Shown here in pieces: positions 45,303 through 54,926 of a DNA stretch of 64,000 bases (position 1 is the first letter of the stretch; the number at the start of each line of letters is the position of its first letter). Origin of the DNA: Acidimicrobiaceae bacterium (GTDB taxonomy: Bacteria; Actinomycetota; Acidimicrobiia; Acidimicrobiales; JACDCH01). The DNA lies in NCBI GenBank assembly GCA_041166745.1, contig JBEEGH010000032.1, positions 37,329 to 101,328 on the forward strand. Direction: 5' to 3'. The notes under the pieces are model-generated. The model was given only the letters and a program-made list of their open reading frames with translations. It did not search any database and had not been told where the DNA came from. Position numbers and translations under genes: made by a program.

Positions 45303-46502
45303 TCAGCGCTTCCGTTCTGCTACGGAATCTGCGAACTCGGCCTTGGCTCGAGCCAGGACGTCGGGCTGCAACCAGAGGTCGGCGACGGTCATCGCCATCG
45401 CCTTCGCGCCGTCGATGACGGCTTGGTCTCCGTCGGCCGAGGCTGTGTATTCGGCGAACTCCGGCGTGTGAATCGAGAGGTGCGCGGGGGCGACCTTGAT
45501 CATCGGATGGATCGACGGCACGAGGTACGACACGTTTCCCATGTCGGTGCTGCCGACGACTTGATCGCCGCCGCCGGCGGAAGGGTCGATCAACGTGCGA
45601 CCCGTGCTTGCTGCATTGGCGGTGTAGAGATCCAGCATCGTCCGGTTGTCGACCATGTCCGCGTACGCCGGATCCTGCCACTCGATCTCGATCTCGCAGC
45701 CCGCGGCTTGCGCTCCCGCTTCGAGGCACGCGACGACGCGTGGCTTGAGCTTCTCCAGCGACTTCAACGTCGGTGACCGCACGTACCACTCGGCAGCGGC
45801 GAAGCGCGGCACGATGTTCGGCTTGTCGCCGCCGTTGGTGATGATGCCGTGGATGCGTTCGCTGGGCTTGATGTGTTGCCGCAACGCCGCGATGTTCATG
45901 TAACCGAGCACCGCGGCATCGAGCGCGTTGCGACCCTTGTGCGGAAACGCCGCGGCGTGCGCGGCTTCGCCGTGATACTGGACCTTCATCTGATGAATCG
46001 CGATCACGTTCATCAACGCGAGGTCGGCGCCCGCTGGGTGCACCATCATCGCGGCATCGACGCCTTCGAAGGCTCCCCGCTGCGCGAGTAGCTCTTTCCC
46101 GCCGCCGCCTTCCTCCGCGGGCGTGCCCAGGATCACGACACGGCCGCCGAGCTCATCGGCGAGCACCGCGGCAGCCACTCCCGCGCCGAGACCCGCAGTA
46201 CCGATGATGTTGTGTCCGCACGCATGTCCGATGCCCGGAAGGGCGTCGTATTCACACAACACCGCGATCGTCGGGCCATCACCGCTGCCAGCGCGCGCGA
46301 TGAAAGCCGTGTCGAGATCGAACGCATGCCGCTGGACGTCGAGCTTCTCGGCCTCGAGCAACCCGGTGAGCAGGTCGTGGGCGAAGTGCTCCTCGTAACA
46401 CAGCTCGGGATGTTCGTGTATCTGGTGCGAGGCATCGATGAGCATGTCGGCTCGCTTGTCGATCTCCGCCGCCAGACGTTCCTTCACCGCTGCGAGATCC
46501 AT
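45303..46502 (-). CDS. M20-family amidohydrolase/peptidase
   Basis: HEHPELCYEE, metal-binding GHACGHN and EEGGGGK motifs. 399 aa. Confidence 0.85.
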   Translation of the reverse strand: MDLAAVKERLAAEIDKRADMLIDASHQIHEHPELCYEEHFAHDLLTGLLEAEKLDVQRHAFDLDTAFIARAGSGDGPTIAVLCEYDALPGIGHACGHNIIGTAGLGAGVAAAVLADELGGRVVILGTPAEEGGGGKELLAQRGAFEGVDAAMMVHPAGADLALMNVIAIHQMKVQYHGEAAHAAAFPHKGRNALDAAVLGYMNIAALRQHIKPSERIHGIITNGGDKPNIVPRFAAAEWYVRSPTLKSLEKLKPRVVACLEAGAQAAGCEIEIEWQDPAYADMVDNRTMLDLYTANAASTGRTLIDPSAGGGDQVVGSTDMGNVSYLVPSIHPMIKVAPAHLSIHTPEFAEYTASADGDQAVIDGAKAMAMTVADLWLQPDVLARAKAEFADSVAERKR

Positions 46503-46511
46503 TAAGACGGT

Positions 46512-47120
46512 CTACACGACGCAGAGAAGTGCGTCTGGCTCGACTCGGATGCTCAGTGACTGCGCGGGTCCGACGAGCTCTCCGTCGAGCCACACGTCGA
46601 GACCCGCCACATCCACCTGGACGGCGGCAACTCGTCGCTGCTTGATGCCGGGATGCGGCACGTGGGTTCCTGTCGCTAGCCGCGACCGGGCTTTGATGCG
46701 CTCTCCCACGGACATCGTCACTTCGAAGGTGTCGAGTAACCCATCGTTCGGATGGCCGCGCGGGGCGACGTCCCAGTGTCCGAGGTACTCCGCGTTCATC
46801 GCTGCGTAGACCCGGCCGCGCCACCAGCGCTTGCGGGCAACCAGATGCGCGACGAACCAGTGCAGCCGACCGTCGATGAGTACCGCGCCGAGGTCGACCG
46901 GAAGGTGTACGGCTTCTTCGGATCGCAGACGCGCTTCATCCCCGGCGCCGCCGACGGTGCGACAGAGATCGCCGCCGAGGAGACCCAGCGGCGGCAGCGG
47001 CTCCGACGCTCGCCGCGCCCGTTCGACCACGGCGCGGGCTTCGGCATCGCTGCGCACGAGCACACCGTCAGAAGGCAGCGAGCCCGGCTCACCCCACGTT
47101 TGACCCTTCTCAATCGTCAT
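46512..47120 (-). CDS. hypothetical protein (weak similarity to the C-terminal half of DAGK/YegS-type lipid kinases)
   Basis: 202 aa. GHPNDGLLDTFEV and a following beta-rich segment recall the DAGK-fold C-terminal domain. No GGDG nucleotide loop is seen. Overlaps the helY 3' end by 11 nt. Confidence 0.5.
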   Translation of the reverse strand: MTIEKGQTWGEPGSLPSDGVLVRSDAEARAVVERARRASEPLPPLGLLGGDLCRTVGGAGDEARLRSEEAVHLPVDLGAVLIDGRLHWFVAHLVARKRWWRGRVYAAMNAEYLGHWDVAPRGHPNDGLLDTFEVTMSVGERIKARSRLATGTHVPHPGIKQRRVAAVQVDVAGLDVWLDGELVGPAQSLSIRVEPDALLCVV

Positions 47121-49803
47121 CGGCAGGCTCGCTGTGGAGCTCTTCGTCGATGACCAGCTGCGGCTCGTCGTCGTCAGTCCCTGTGCCCACGACCGACGAC
47201 GCCGCGATCACACCGCGGAAGCATCGTTCCGCGGCCTCGTTCGCCGCTCGCCGCGTGGCCTCCTGCGGCGCCGCGTTGCCGACCTGTCGCAGGAGATCGA
47301 TCAACTGCTTCATGTTGCGAACGAAGTCGCCACCCGACAGATCCTCGTCCTCGAGCACGCCCTCGAGCTCGCCCCCTGCCGCCCAAGCGTGCGCGAGCGC
47401 GACGAAGCCCGGATCAGGAAGCCGCGTCTGCGACAAGGCGGCCTCGTGTTCGTCGGCTGCGAGCTCGCGCGCCAACCGCTCGATCTCGCCAAAGCGGTCC
47501 CGCGACTTTCCGGATGGGAACCAGGGTGCCGGAGGCGGCGTAGAGCTGCGGTGCTCGTACGTGAAGACCGACACCAGACCGGCCATCGACGCTGGATCCA
47601 GGTCGTCGAACACACCACTGTGCAGACACTCGGCGATCAACAGATCGCACTCGTGGTACAGGTGTGCCAGGCGGTCGCCCTTCTGCGTCAGCGCCCAGCC
47701 GTCGAGGTAGCCCCACGCCTCGAGCACACGCAGCACACGGTCGAAATGGCGGGCCAGCGATCCGGTCTCGCCTTTCACTCGCCGTTGGAGGTCGTCGACC
47801 TCGGCCTGGGCCCGTCGGGACTGGGCGAGCGCGCGCAGGTGGCTGTCGCGATCCGGACAACGAGCGACCGGATGCGTGTCCGCCTGAGCCGCCGCCCGTG
47901 AATGCTCGGCCGCCCCGGCACGCGGTGGTCGCGATCGCTGCGGTCCGCGCAGCCGAGTTTGTTGTAGTCGCCGGGCGACCTGTTGCTGGAAGCTGTGGTT
48001 GTTCGGTGCGTAGGGCACTGGCAGCTCGACCTGACCGAGTACCTCGGGGGGCATGTCGAAGTCGGCGGCGTCGAGCGTGAGGAGCTTGCGGTTGGCGGTG
48101 ATGACCTTGAGACGCGATTCGTCGCGGCGATTGGCGAAGCTCAACACTGCGGCGCGCCCTCCGCGGCGCCCGACACCGATCTCGATGACATCTCCCGGGC
48201 GCAGGCGGGCGAGCGCCTCCGCCACCTGGCCGCGCGGCGAGATGACCCGCCGGCGGGCGTCGTCGACCGTGTCGAGCAGAGCGCGGTACTCCCCCAGATC
48301 ACCGCGATCGCATTTCGCCTCGTCGAGGAGCGCCGCGAGCGCGGCTCGCCGCTTGTCGAGGCGCGTTTCCAATCGAACGATCGACCGATCGGTCTGATAC
48401 TGGGCGAACGACAGATTCAGCAGGTGATGCGCGTCGGCCGGCTCGTACCGTTGCACCAGGTTCGCGGCCATGTTGTAGGTCGGACGGAAAGCAGAGGTCA
48501 GGCGAAAGGCGCGACTCGACGCGAGCGATGCCACCTGTTCGAACGGCACGAACGGCGACCACAGCACCACCGCGTACCCGACCGGGTCCAGCCCGCGGCG
48601 ACCCGCGCGACCCGTGAGCTGTGTGTACTCCCCTGGTGTGAGGAACTCGTGGCGCTCGCCCGTGAACTTCGACAGCTTCTCGATCACGACCGTTCTCGCC
48701 GGCATGTTGATGCCGAGAGCGAGTGTCTCGGTGGCGAAGACGATCTTCACGAGCCCCTGCGCGAAGCAGGCCTCGACGGCCTCCTTGAACGGCGGCACCA
48801 TCCCGGCATGGTGCGCAGCGATCCCCTGCTCGAGGGCGGCAAGCCAGCGGTCGTAGCCGAGCACGTCGAGGTCGTCGTCGGATAGCGCTTCGACGTGGTG
48901 CTCGGCAATGGCTCGGATGCGCGGGCGTTCGTCGGGATCCGCGAGCCGAAGGCCAGCATGGACGCACGCGTCGGCGGCGTCGTCGCATGCCGCCCGGCTG
49001 AAGATGAAGAAGATGGCCGGCAGGAGATCCTCGTCCGAAAGGCGATCGACCACCTCGACGCGTCGTGGCGTGAAGAAGCGGCGGCGCGATCGTCCTCGGA
49101 TGCGGGGGTCGCGCAGCGACTCTGCGTCGAGACGGCTCGCTTCGGGATTGGGACGGTCGTCGACGAGGGTCGGCAAGAGGTGCAGCTCGGGCGACGAGCG
49201 ATCGCCGACGCAATACAGGTTCACGAGCTCGACCGGACGGCGGTCTTCGATCACGGCGGCGGTGGGCCCGCGCACGGTCGTGATCCAGTCGGCCAGCTCC
49301 TCGGTGTTCGACACCGTCGCGGAGAGGCACACGAGACGTACGTCCTTCGGCAAGTGCAGGATCACCTCCTCCCAGACCGGGCCGCGGTACGTGTCCTGCA
49401 GATAGTGGACCTCGTCGAGCACGACAAAGCGCAGACCGTCGAGGGCGGGAGACTCCGCATAGATCATGTTGCGAAGCACCTCGGTGGTCATCACGACGAT
49501 GGGCGCGCTGCCGTTGACCGAGTTGTCACCGGTCAGCAGTCCCACACGGTCGGTGCCATACCGACGAACGAGGTCGCTGTACTTCTGGTTCGACAGCGCC
49601 TTGATCGGGGCCGTGTAGAACACCTTTCCGCCGGCAGCTAGGGCAAGCGCAACCGCGTACTCGGCCACCACGGTCTTGCCCGACCCGGTCGGTGCCGCGA
49701 CGAGTACCGACTGCCCTGCGTCGAGCGCGTCGAACGCCTGAGTCTGGAACGGATCGAGGGTGAAGTCGTAGGCCGCGCCGAGAGCGTTGCGGACCTCGGT
49801 CAT
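47110..49803 (-). CDS. helY: Ski2-like DEAD/DEAH-box RNA helicase HelY
   Basis: Motif I AAPTGSGKT, motif II VLDEVHY, SAT, and HHAGM. 897 aa from ATG 49803, which overlaps the tatC stop (ATGA). Synteny with tatAC matches mycobacteria. Confidence 0.9.
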   Translation of the reverse strand: MTEVRNALGAAYDFTLDPFQTQAFDALDAGQSVLVAAPTGSGKTVVAEYAVALALAAGGKVFYTAPIKALSNQKYSDLVRRYGTDRVGLLTGDNSVNGSAPIVVMTTEVLRNMIYAESPALDGLRFVVLDEVHYLQDTYRGPVWEEVILHLPKDVRLVCLSATVSNTEELADWITTVRGPTAAVIEDRRPVELVNLYCVGDRSSPELHLLPTLVDDRPNPEASRLDAESLRDPRIRGRSRRRFFTPRRVEVVDRLSDEDLLPAIFFIFSRAACDDAADACVHAGLRLADPDERPRIRAIAEHHVEALSDDDLDVLGYDRWLAALEQGIAAHHAGMVPPFKEAVEACFAQGLVKIVFATETLALGINMPARTVVIEKLSKFTGERHEFLTPGEYTQLTGRAGRRGLDPVGYAVVLWSPFVPFEQVASLASSRAFRLTSAFRPTYNMAANLVQRYEPADAHHLLNLSFAQYQTDRSIVRLETRLDKRRAALAALLDEAKCDRGDLGEYRALLDTVDDARRRVISPRGQVAEALARLRPGDVIEIGVGRRGGRAAVLSFANRRDESRLKVITANRKLLTLDAADFDMPPEVLGQVELPVPYAPNNHSFQQQVARRLQQTRLRGPQRSRPPRAGAAEHSRAAAQADTHPVARCPDRDSHLRALAQSRRAQAEVDDLQRRVKGETGSLARHFDRVLRVLEAWGYLDGWALTQKGDRLAHLYHECDLLIAECLHSGVFDDLDPASMAGLVSVFTYEHRSSTPPPAPWFPSGKSRDRFGEIERLARELAADEHEAALSQTRLPDPGFVALAHAWAAGGELEGVLEDEDLSGGDFVRNMKQLIDLLRQVGNAAPQEATRRAANEAAERCFRGVIAASSVVGTGTDDDEPQLVIDEELHSEPADDD

Positions 49804-50579
49804 CTGGCCTTGGCCACGGCGCGCCGGCGCCGGCGATTGCGCACCATCCCGAACACCACGGCCAGGCCGTAGAAGAGCCAGAGCGGAACCGAAAGCGCGA
49901 GCATGGAGAACGGGTCGTTGCTCGGTGTTGCGACAGCCACGACGATCGCGATGACGACGATCGCGTGGCGCCAGTACTTGCGCAGGGTCTCGTTCGTGAC
50001 GATGCCGGCGATCTGCAAGAAGATCAGCAGGATCGGGAACTCGAAGCCGATGCCGAACGCCAGCATCATGTACGCGATCAGTTGGAAGTACTTGTCTGCG
50101 GTGTACGCCTGAGTGATGTCGGTGCCACCGATGTCCGCCAACCATGCGAGCGCCTTGGGCAGTGTCCAGTACGCGATGTATGCGCCCATGACGAACAGCA
50201 CGATCGACGACGCGATGAACGGAAGCGCGTACCGCCGTTCGTGGCGATACAGGCCGGGCGAGACGAACTGCCAGGTCTGCCAGAGGATCACCGGCATCGA
50301 AAGAGCGGTCGCGACGTACGCCGTGAGCTTGAGGCGGATGGCGAACCCTTCCAGCGGGCTCGTAACGAGGAGGTTGCCACCCGCGATGCTGCGGGATGCG
50401 ATCTCGCGGTAGGGGTGCAGGAGAAAGCTGAAGACCCACGGGTACAGGAACCAGCCGACGATCGCGGCGATGCCGACGGCGATGCAGGTTCGGATGAGAC
50501 GGCGACGGAGCTCGAGCAGGTGCTCCATCAAGGTCATGCGACCCTCGTCGGCGCCCGCCGGGAGTGCTTCTGAACTCAT
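49800..50579 (-). CDS. tatC: twin-arginine translocase subunit TatC
   Basis: MTLMEHLLELRRRLIR start region and six TM helices typical of TatC. The start is one of Met1, Met15 or Met18. Confidence 0.9.
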   Translation of the reverse strand: MSSEALPAGADEGRMTLMEHLLELRRRLIRTCIAVGIAAIVGWFLYPWVFSFLLHPYREIASRSIAGGNLLVTSPLEGFAIRLKLTAYVATALSMPVILWQTWQFVSPGLYRHERRYALPFIASSIVLFVMGAYIAYWTLPKALAWLADIGGTDITQAYTADKYFQLIAYMMLAFGIGFEFPILLIFLQIAGIVTNETLRKYWRHAIVVIAIVVAVATPSNDPFSMLALSVPLWLFYGLAVVFGMVRNRRRRRAVAKAR

Positions 50580-50594
50580 GCTCGTAGAGCCGCT

Positions 50595-50846
50595 TTACGC
50601 GGCCGAGTCGTCGGGCTCGGACTTCGGCGCGGTGTCAGGTTCCGGATCCTTCACGGTCTCGAGCGGAGGACGAGTGACTTCGTCCATCACCGAGCGCATC
50701 TCGTCTTGGAACCCGCTCGACATTCGGCGCAGTTCGCCCATCACGTTGCCGATCTTGCGGGCGGCCTCCGGCAACTTGTCCGGTCCGAGCACGATGAGGG
50801 CGATGAGCAAGATGACCAGCAGCTCTCCGGCCCCTACGTTGAACAT
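50595..50846 (-). CDS. tatA: twin-arginine translocase TatA/B-family subunit
   Basis: MFNVGAGELLVILLIALIVLGPDKLPEAARKIG: TM helix, hinge Gly-Pro, then an amphipathic helix. Confidence 0.9.
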   Translation of the reverse strand: MFNVGAGELLVILLIALIVLGPDKLPEAARKIGNVMGELRRMSSGFQDEMRSVMDEVTRPPLETVKDPEPDTAPKSEPDDSAA

Positions 50847-50855
50847 TTGTCGAAT

Positions 50856-51137
50856 CTACCGGTCGACCCGGCTCCGATCGGGGCGGGATCGGATGCGGTC
50901 GATGGTCGCTCGAGTGATGTCGGCCTCCTGTCGGAGGTCGATGAGCGCGGATCGCAGCTCCTCCAATTGGACGGATTCGTCTCGCAGATCGATCGTCGCT
51001 TCGGCCGTCTTGCGCACGGTCGCGGTGATGAGCACGGCCCCAGCGGCCAGGAACAACAGAGAGGCAACCCAGAGCACACTCACGGTCCGCGAACTTACCC
51101 AGTCCGAGGGTGAGGAAACGAGCCCAGCAGCAAGCAC
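50856..51137 (-). CDS. small hypothetical membrane/coiled-coil protein
   Basis: 93 aa. One TM (VSVLWVASLLFLAAGAVLITA), then a charged helix. GTG start. Ends 9 nt upstream of tatA. Confidence 0.4.
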   Translation of the reverse strand: MLAAGLVSSPSDWVSSRTVSVLWVASLLFLAAGAVLITATVRKTAEATIDLRDESVQLEELRSALIDLRQEADITRATIDRIRSRPDRSRVDR

Positions 51138-51158
51138 TGCTGAGATACGGAGTGTGGG

Positions 51159-51488
51159 CTACTTGCGGATCATCTCGACGACGGTGTCGAACCAGTCGTC
51201 GCGCTCGAGCAGCTCATGGAAGTCGAGGAGATCGTCGTGGTTGATGCGATCACCGAAGCGAGGCTCGAAGAGCTCCGCCGGTAGCCGCCAGGTCGACAGC
51301 TCAACGCCGGAGGCGACGAGCAGATCGACGATGCGGGGCTCCGCCGGCTTGACGACCGCCATCGCGCAATGGGGACACCGGAAGTGGTACGAGCCTGCGT
51401 TGTCCTCGATACACACACGGACGCGAACGTCGGCGGTCGTGAGTTCCACGTCGCCGCAATCCACGCATGTGGCTCGAATCGTTGCCAT
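51159..51488 (-). CDS. hypothetical zinc-ribbon protein
   Basis: CVDC...CPHC pair. ATG 51488 is preceded by AGGAGG at about 9 nt. Good third-position GC bias. Confidence 0.6.
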   Translation of the reverse strand: MATIRATCVDCGDVELTTADVRVRVCIEDNAGSYHFRCPHCAMAVVKPAEPRIVDLLVASGVELSTWRLPAELFEPRFGDRINHDDLLDFHELLERDDWFDTVVEMIRK

Positions 51489-51623
51489 TCCGAAAGGCCT
51501 CCTGCCCGCTGTCTTCGCCTACTCCATCGGCAATATCCATCGTCGTCATTACTGTTTGCCGACTCAATAGGTCCATCGTCCCTTTCCCGCTTCGGCACAT
51601 AGCCCAAATTGCCCACTCCTGTC

Positions 51624-52355
51624 ATGGCTCCTTCCTACCCAGCACTGCGTGTCCCGCCGATTGGCTTCGCTCATCGCGGCGCAAGAGCACACGCGCCCGA
51701 GAACACGATCGAGGCCTTTGCCCTCGCGCGACGCCTCGGCGCCACCGGGCTGGAGAGCGATGTGTGGTGCACAGCCGACGGCGTCGCCGTGCTCGACCAC
51801 GATGGAGTGGTCGGCACGCGAATGCGGCGGCGACAGATCACCGAGGTCCCCCGCGCCGCGCTTCCTTCACACATCCCGGCGCTGGCCGACCTGTATGCCG
51901 AGTGCGGAACGGACTTCGAACTGTCGCTCGACGTGAAGGATCCCGCTGCAGCTCGAGCGACTGTCGCCGTCGCTCGTGCCGCCGGCGGCGACGCTCCCGG
52001 TCGCTTGTGGCTGTGTCATCACGACTGGCAGCAACTCGTCGAGTGGCGACCAGCGTTTCCCGACGTGCGCCTGGTCGACTCGACCCGGTTGCGCTTCATG
52101 CGCAGCGGAGCGGAACGACGGGCGGCACAATTGGCGGACGCCGGCATCGATGCGGTCAACCTCCACGAATCCGACTGGACCGCCGGACTCACGACGTTGT
52201 TCCATCGCTTCAACGTGCTGACGTTCGGATGGGACGCCCAGTTCGAGCGCGTGCTCGACAACCTGCTCGGAATGGGCATGGATGCGGTGTACTCCGACCA
52301 CGTCGATCGGATGACGGAAGCCCTCGCTCGCGCGAGTCGCTCAGATCCCGCCTAA
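51624..52355 (+). CDS. glycerophosphodiester phosphodiesterase family protein
   Basis: GFAHRGA..HAPENT...ESDVW...DG..V..HD motifs. ATG 51624 is preferred over the TTG 51609 of the track. Confidence 0.8.
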   Translation: MAPSYPALRVPPIGFAHRGARAHAPENTIEAFALARRLGATGLESDVWCTADGVAVLDHDGVVGTRMRRRQITEVPRAALPSHIPALADLYAECGTDFELSLDVKDPAAARATVAVARAAGGDAPGRLWLCHHDWQQLVEWRPAFPDVRLVDSTRLRFMRSGAERRAAQLADAGIDAVNLHESDWTAGLTTLFHRFNVLTFGWDAQFERVLDNLLGMGMDAVYSDHVDRMTEALARASRSDPA

Positions 52356-53021
52356 CGAACTGAGAGGCCAGACGCGCACGAACGCCCGGCCGACGATCAA
52401 GCTCTCGGGTATCGGCCCGAACTTGTTGCTTGCGCTCGAATCCGTGCGGTTGTCACCGAGGACGAAGACGTCGCCTTTGGGCACACGAATGCAGGGCGAC
52501 GAGAACGTGTCGAAGACCGGCGTGACCACATTGGCCGCCAAGTAGGGCTCGGCGAGCTCCTGACCGTTGAGAAATATGTGCCCGGCACGACTCTCGATCG
52601 TGTCACCACCGAGAGCCACCACTCGCTTGATGAGATCGTGAACCTCCGCTGCGTTGTTCGGAGGCCTGATGGTCACCGGGTTGCCGTCGCAGCCCTCCAC
52701 CGTCTGCGGGTCGGTCGAAGGCCGCTCGAAGACGACGATGTCGCTGCGGTGCACGTCGTGCAGCTTGTAGCTCAGCTTGTTGACCAGCACCCGGTCGCCG
52801 ACCTTGAGCGTCGGCTCCATTGACTGCGAGGGGATGTAGAACGCCTGGAACAGGAACGTCTTGATGACGATGGCGACGAGAAGCGCTCCGGCGACGACGA
52901 TGACCCACTCGATCGCGTTGCGACGGGAGTTGTGGCGTCGTCGGGCCCGACGCAGTCCTGACGGATCGCGCTCCGCGTTTTCTGTCTCGATCTCGTCGAC
53001 GGCAGTTTCGTCCGGGGTCAC
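52341..53021 (-). CDS. lepB: signal peptidase I
   Basis: Catalytic Ser box [10 protein letters not shown], Lys box DRVLVNK, and [10 protein letters not shown]. Confidence 0.9.
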   Translation of the reverse strand: MTPDETAVDEIETENAERDPSGLRRARRRHNSRRNAIEWVIVVAGALLVAIVIKTFLFQAFYIPSQSMEPTLKVGDRVLVNKLSYKLHDVHRSDIVVFERPSTDPQTVEGCDGNPVTIRPPNNAAEVHDLIKRVVALGGDTIESRAGHIFLNGQELAEPYLAANVVTPVFDTFSSPCIRVPKGDVFVLGDNRTDSSASNKFGPIPESLIVGRAFVRVWPLSSLGGI

Positions 53022-53042
53022 GTCGAGCCGAGGGTAGCCCCC

Positions 53043-54002
53043 CTAGTAGCGCGCGAGAACGCGCTGCGCCGCCTCGCGCGCACATTTCTCCAGTTTCTTG
53101 TCGCCGGTCACCTCCACGACACGAGCGCGAGGGCCGAGCCGCAGCAAGAGCCGCTCGAGCCAGGGCTTCGCCGAAATCGCCAGCGTGACGTGGAGCCGCC
53201 CGTCGCCACGGGTGTGCACCGCCTCCACCGGATAGACCTCGGCCACCCACGCGGCCTCCGGCTCCAGTTCGAGCACCACGCGCGGATCGTCGGCGCGCGC
53301 CTCGAACAGTCCGAGCGTGCGTTGCTCCTCGGGCGGTTCAAAGGTCACATCGAGCTCGTCGACATCGACGACCCGGTCGACTCGAAACAACCGCTCCTCG
53401 TCGCGGAGGTGGTCGTAGCCGACGAGGTACCACTGGCCATGGTCGGCATACACGCGATATGGGTCGACCTCGCGGGTGGTGCGCTCGTCACGCCCGTGGA
53501 CGTAGTAGTCCATCCGCACGCGGTGCCGGCTGGCCCCGGCCTGCTGCAGCGTGCGAAGCACAGTCGCCGACGCGTAGCCGAGGTCGACGTCGATCGTCGT
53601 GTCGGCGTCGACCCCGAGGGTGGCGGCAACCTTCGCGATCCCGCGGGCGAGCGGACCATCCGGATCGGCTCCGGGCACGGCCAGCAAGCTCGCACCGGCG
53701 GCGACCAAGCCGAGCGCCTCCTCGGGCGTGAGCCGCAGCGCGCGGTCGAACGACGGCGACATGTGCACCCACACGCGTCCGCCCTCCACGACGATGTCGA
53801 ACAGATCACCGGGCGAGTACGGCGGAATGCCCACCATCGAGACGAGCGCGATGTCGCTCAGCAGATCTTGTGTCTCCAGGGCGAAGCGGGCGCACACCTC
53901 CTCGACGGTCGGGCCTTCGCGTGCCGCGACCCACGGCAACAACGCGAGCAGCCGCTTGAGCCGATCGCTGGCGGTGAGTCTGCTCACAGCTTGCGCAACC
54001 AC
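53043..54002 (-). CDS. pafC: WYL-domain transcriptional regulator PafC
   Basis: HTH, WYL (GQWYLVGYDHLRDEERLFRVDRV) and WCX architecture. Second regulator downstream of pafA. Confidence 0.85.
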   Translation of the reverse strand: MVAQAVSRLTASDRLKRLLALLPWVAAREGPTVEEVCARFALETQDLLSDIALVSMVGIPPYSPGDLFDIVVEGGRVWVHMSPSFDRALRLTPEEALGLVAAGASLLAVPGADPDGPLARGIAKVAATLGVDADTTIDVDLGYASATVLRTLQQAGASRHRVRMDYYVHGRDERTTREVDPYRVYADHGQWYLVGYDHLRDEERLFRVDRVVDVDELDVTFEPPEEQRTLGLFEARADDPRVVLELEPEAAWVAEVYPVEAVHTRGDGRLHVTLAISAKPWLERLLLRLGPRARVVEVTGDKKLEKCAREAAQRVLARY

Positions 54003-54913
54003 TCGATGATGTCGACGCGCAGCGCCGGCGGGCTCAACACCTCGGCATGCTCGAGAAAGCCGAGCACGAACGATCGGAAGCCGTCGACGTTCGTAACCGA
54101 CATCTCGAAGACGATCGAGCCGTCGTCGCGCTCTTCCACAACCGAATCCGTGCCGGCTTCACCGATCGCGATCGCCGCTTGTTGTGCGTCGACGAGCACG
54201 CGAGCGAGGAGCGGCTCGCCTTCGCCGAGCTGCCATGGCTCGACGCGGGCACCGGGAACACCGGTCGACGGCCGATCGAAGCCGTGTCGATCACCGGCGA
54301 TCACCTCCCCCTCGATGCGATCGACGCGAAAGTTGCGTTCGTCGTCGCGCAAATGGTCGTAACCGCTGACGTACCAGTGGTCGCGCTGGAAGTCGAGGCG
54401 GTACGGGTCGACCGTTCGTTCGGCGTCGCGGTACGTGAAGGTCACCGGCTTGCGCTCGTTGGCCGCATCCCAGAGCACGACAAGCCGTTTGTCGACCGGG
54501 ATCGGCGCGACCTCGGGCCCGATGTCGGCCGCGGCGGTAACGGTCGGCAGACCGCCCAGCTTCCACAGGCCGCCGGCGCCCTCGATCCCGTCGAGGCGGA
54601 CCGTCGAGGCCGCGAGATGGAGGGCGGCGAGCTCGTCTGGCTCGAGTCCGGGATCGCGTAGGTAGTACTGGTCTTTCGGGATGCGGTAGCCCGTCTCGGG
54701 AGGATCCGTGCCGGAGATCTCGCTGAGCACGAGCGGAATCCCCATTTCGCGGAGGTCGTCCTTGTCGCGCTCGAACGTGCGCCGGAACGCCAGCTTCTCG
54801 TCGGGGTAGCCGTACACCCGCTTCGAGATCTCGGCCGCAGACAGCGGCTTCGGCGTCTCGAGCAACGCGGCGGTGAGGTTGAGCAGCCGCTCGAGCTTCT
54901 CGGAGGAAGGCAT
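53984..54913 (-). CDS. pafB: WYL-domain transcriptional regulator PafB
   Basis: N-terminal HTH (EKLERLLNLTAALL...), WYL (DHWYVSGYDHLRDDERNFRVDRI). Immediately downstream of pafA. Confidence 0.85.
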   Translation of the reverse strand: MPSSEKLERLLNLTAALLETPKPLSAAEISKRVYGYPDEKLAFRRTFERDKDDLREMGIPLVLSEISGTDPPETGYRIPKDQYYLRDPGLEPDELAALHLAASTVRLDGIEGAGGLWKLGGLPTVTAAADIGPEVAPIPVDKRLVVLWDAANERKPVTFTYRDAERTVDPYRLDFQRDHWYVSGYDHLRDDERNFRVDRIEGEVIAGDRHGFDRPSTGVPGARVEPWQLGEGEPLLARVLVDAQQAAIAIGEAGTDSVVEERDDGSIVFEMSVTNVDGFRSFVLGFLEHAEVLSPPALRVDIIEWLRKL

Positions 54914-54926
54914 CTGGTGACTCGAG

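Noticed and set aside
47110-50439. Long N-terminal extensions of several track ORFs: helY 1109 aa, ThyX-like 749 aa, mceF 639 aa, pafA 501 aa, mcr 485 aa, Nudix 255 aa, GNAT 244 aa
   Set aside because: The extensions overlap the upstream gene, are Arg/Pro-rich, and end exactly where an ATGA/GTGA junction or an SD-preceded start gives a family-typical N-terminus. Each was trimmed.
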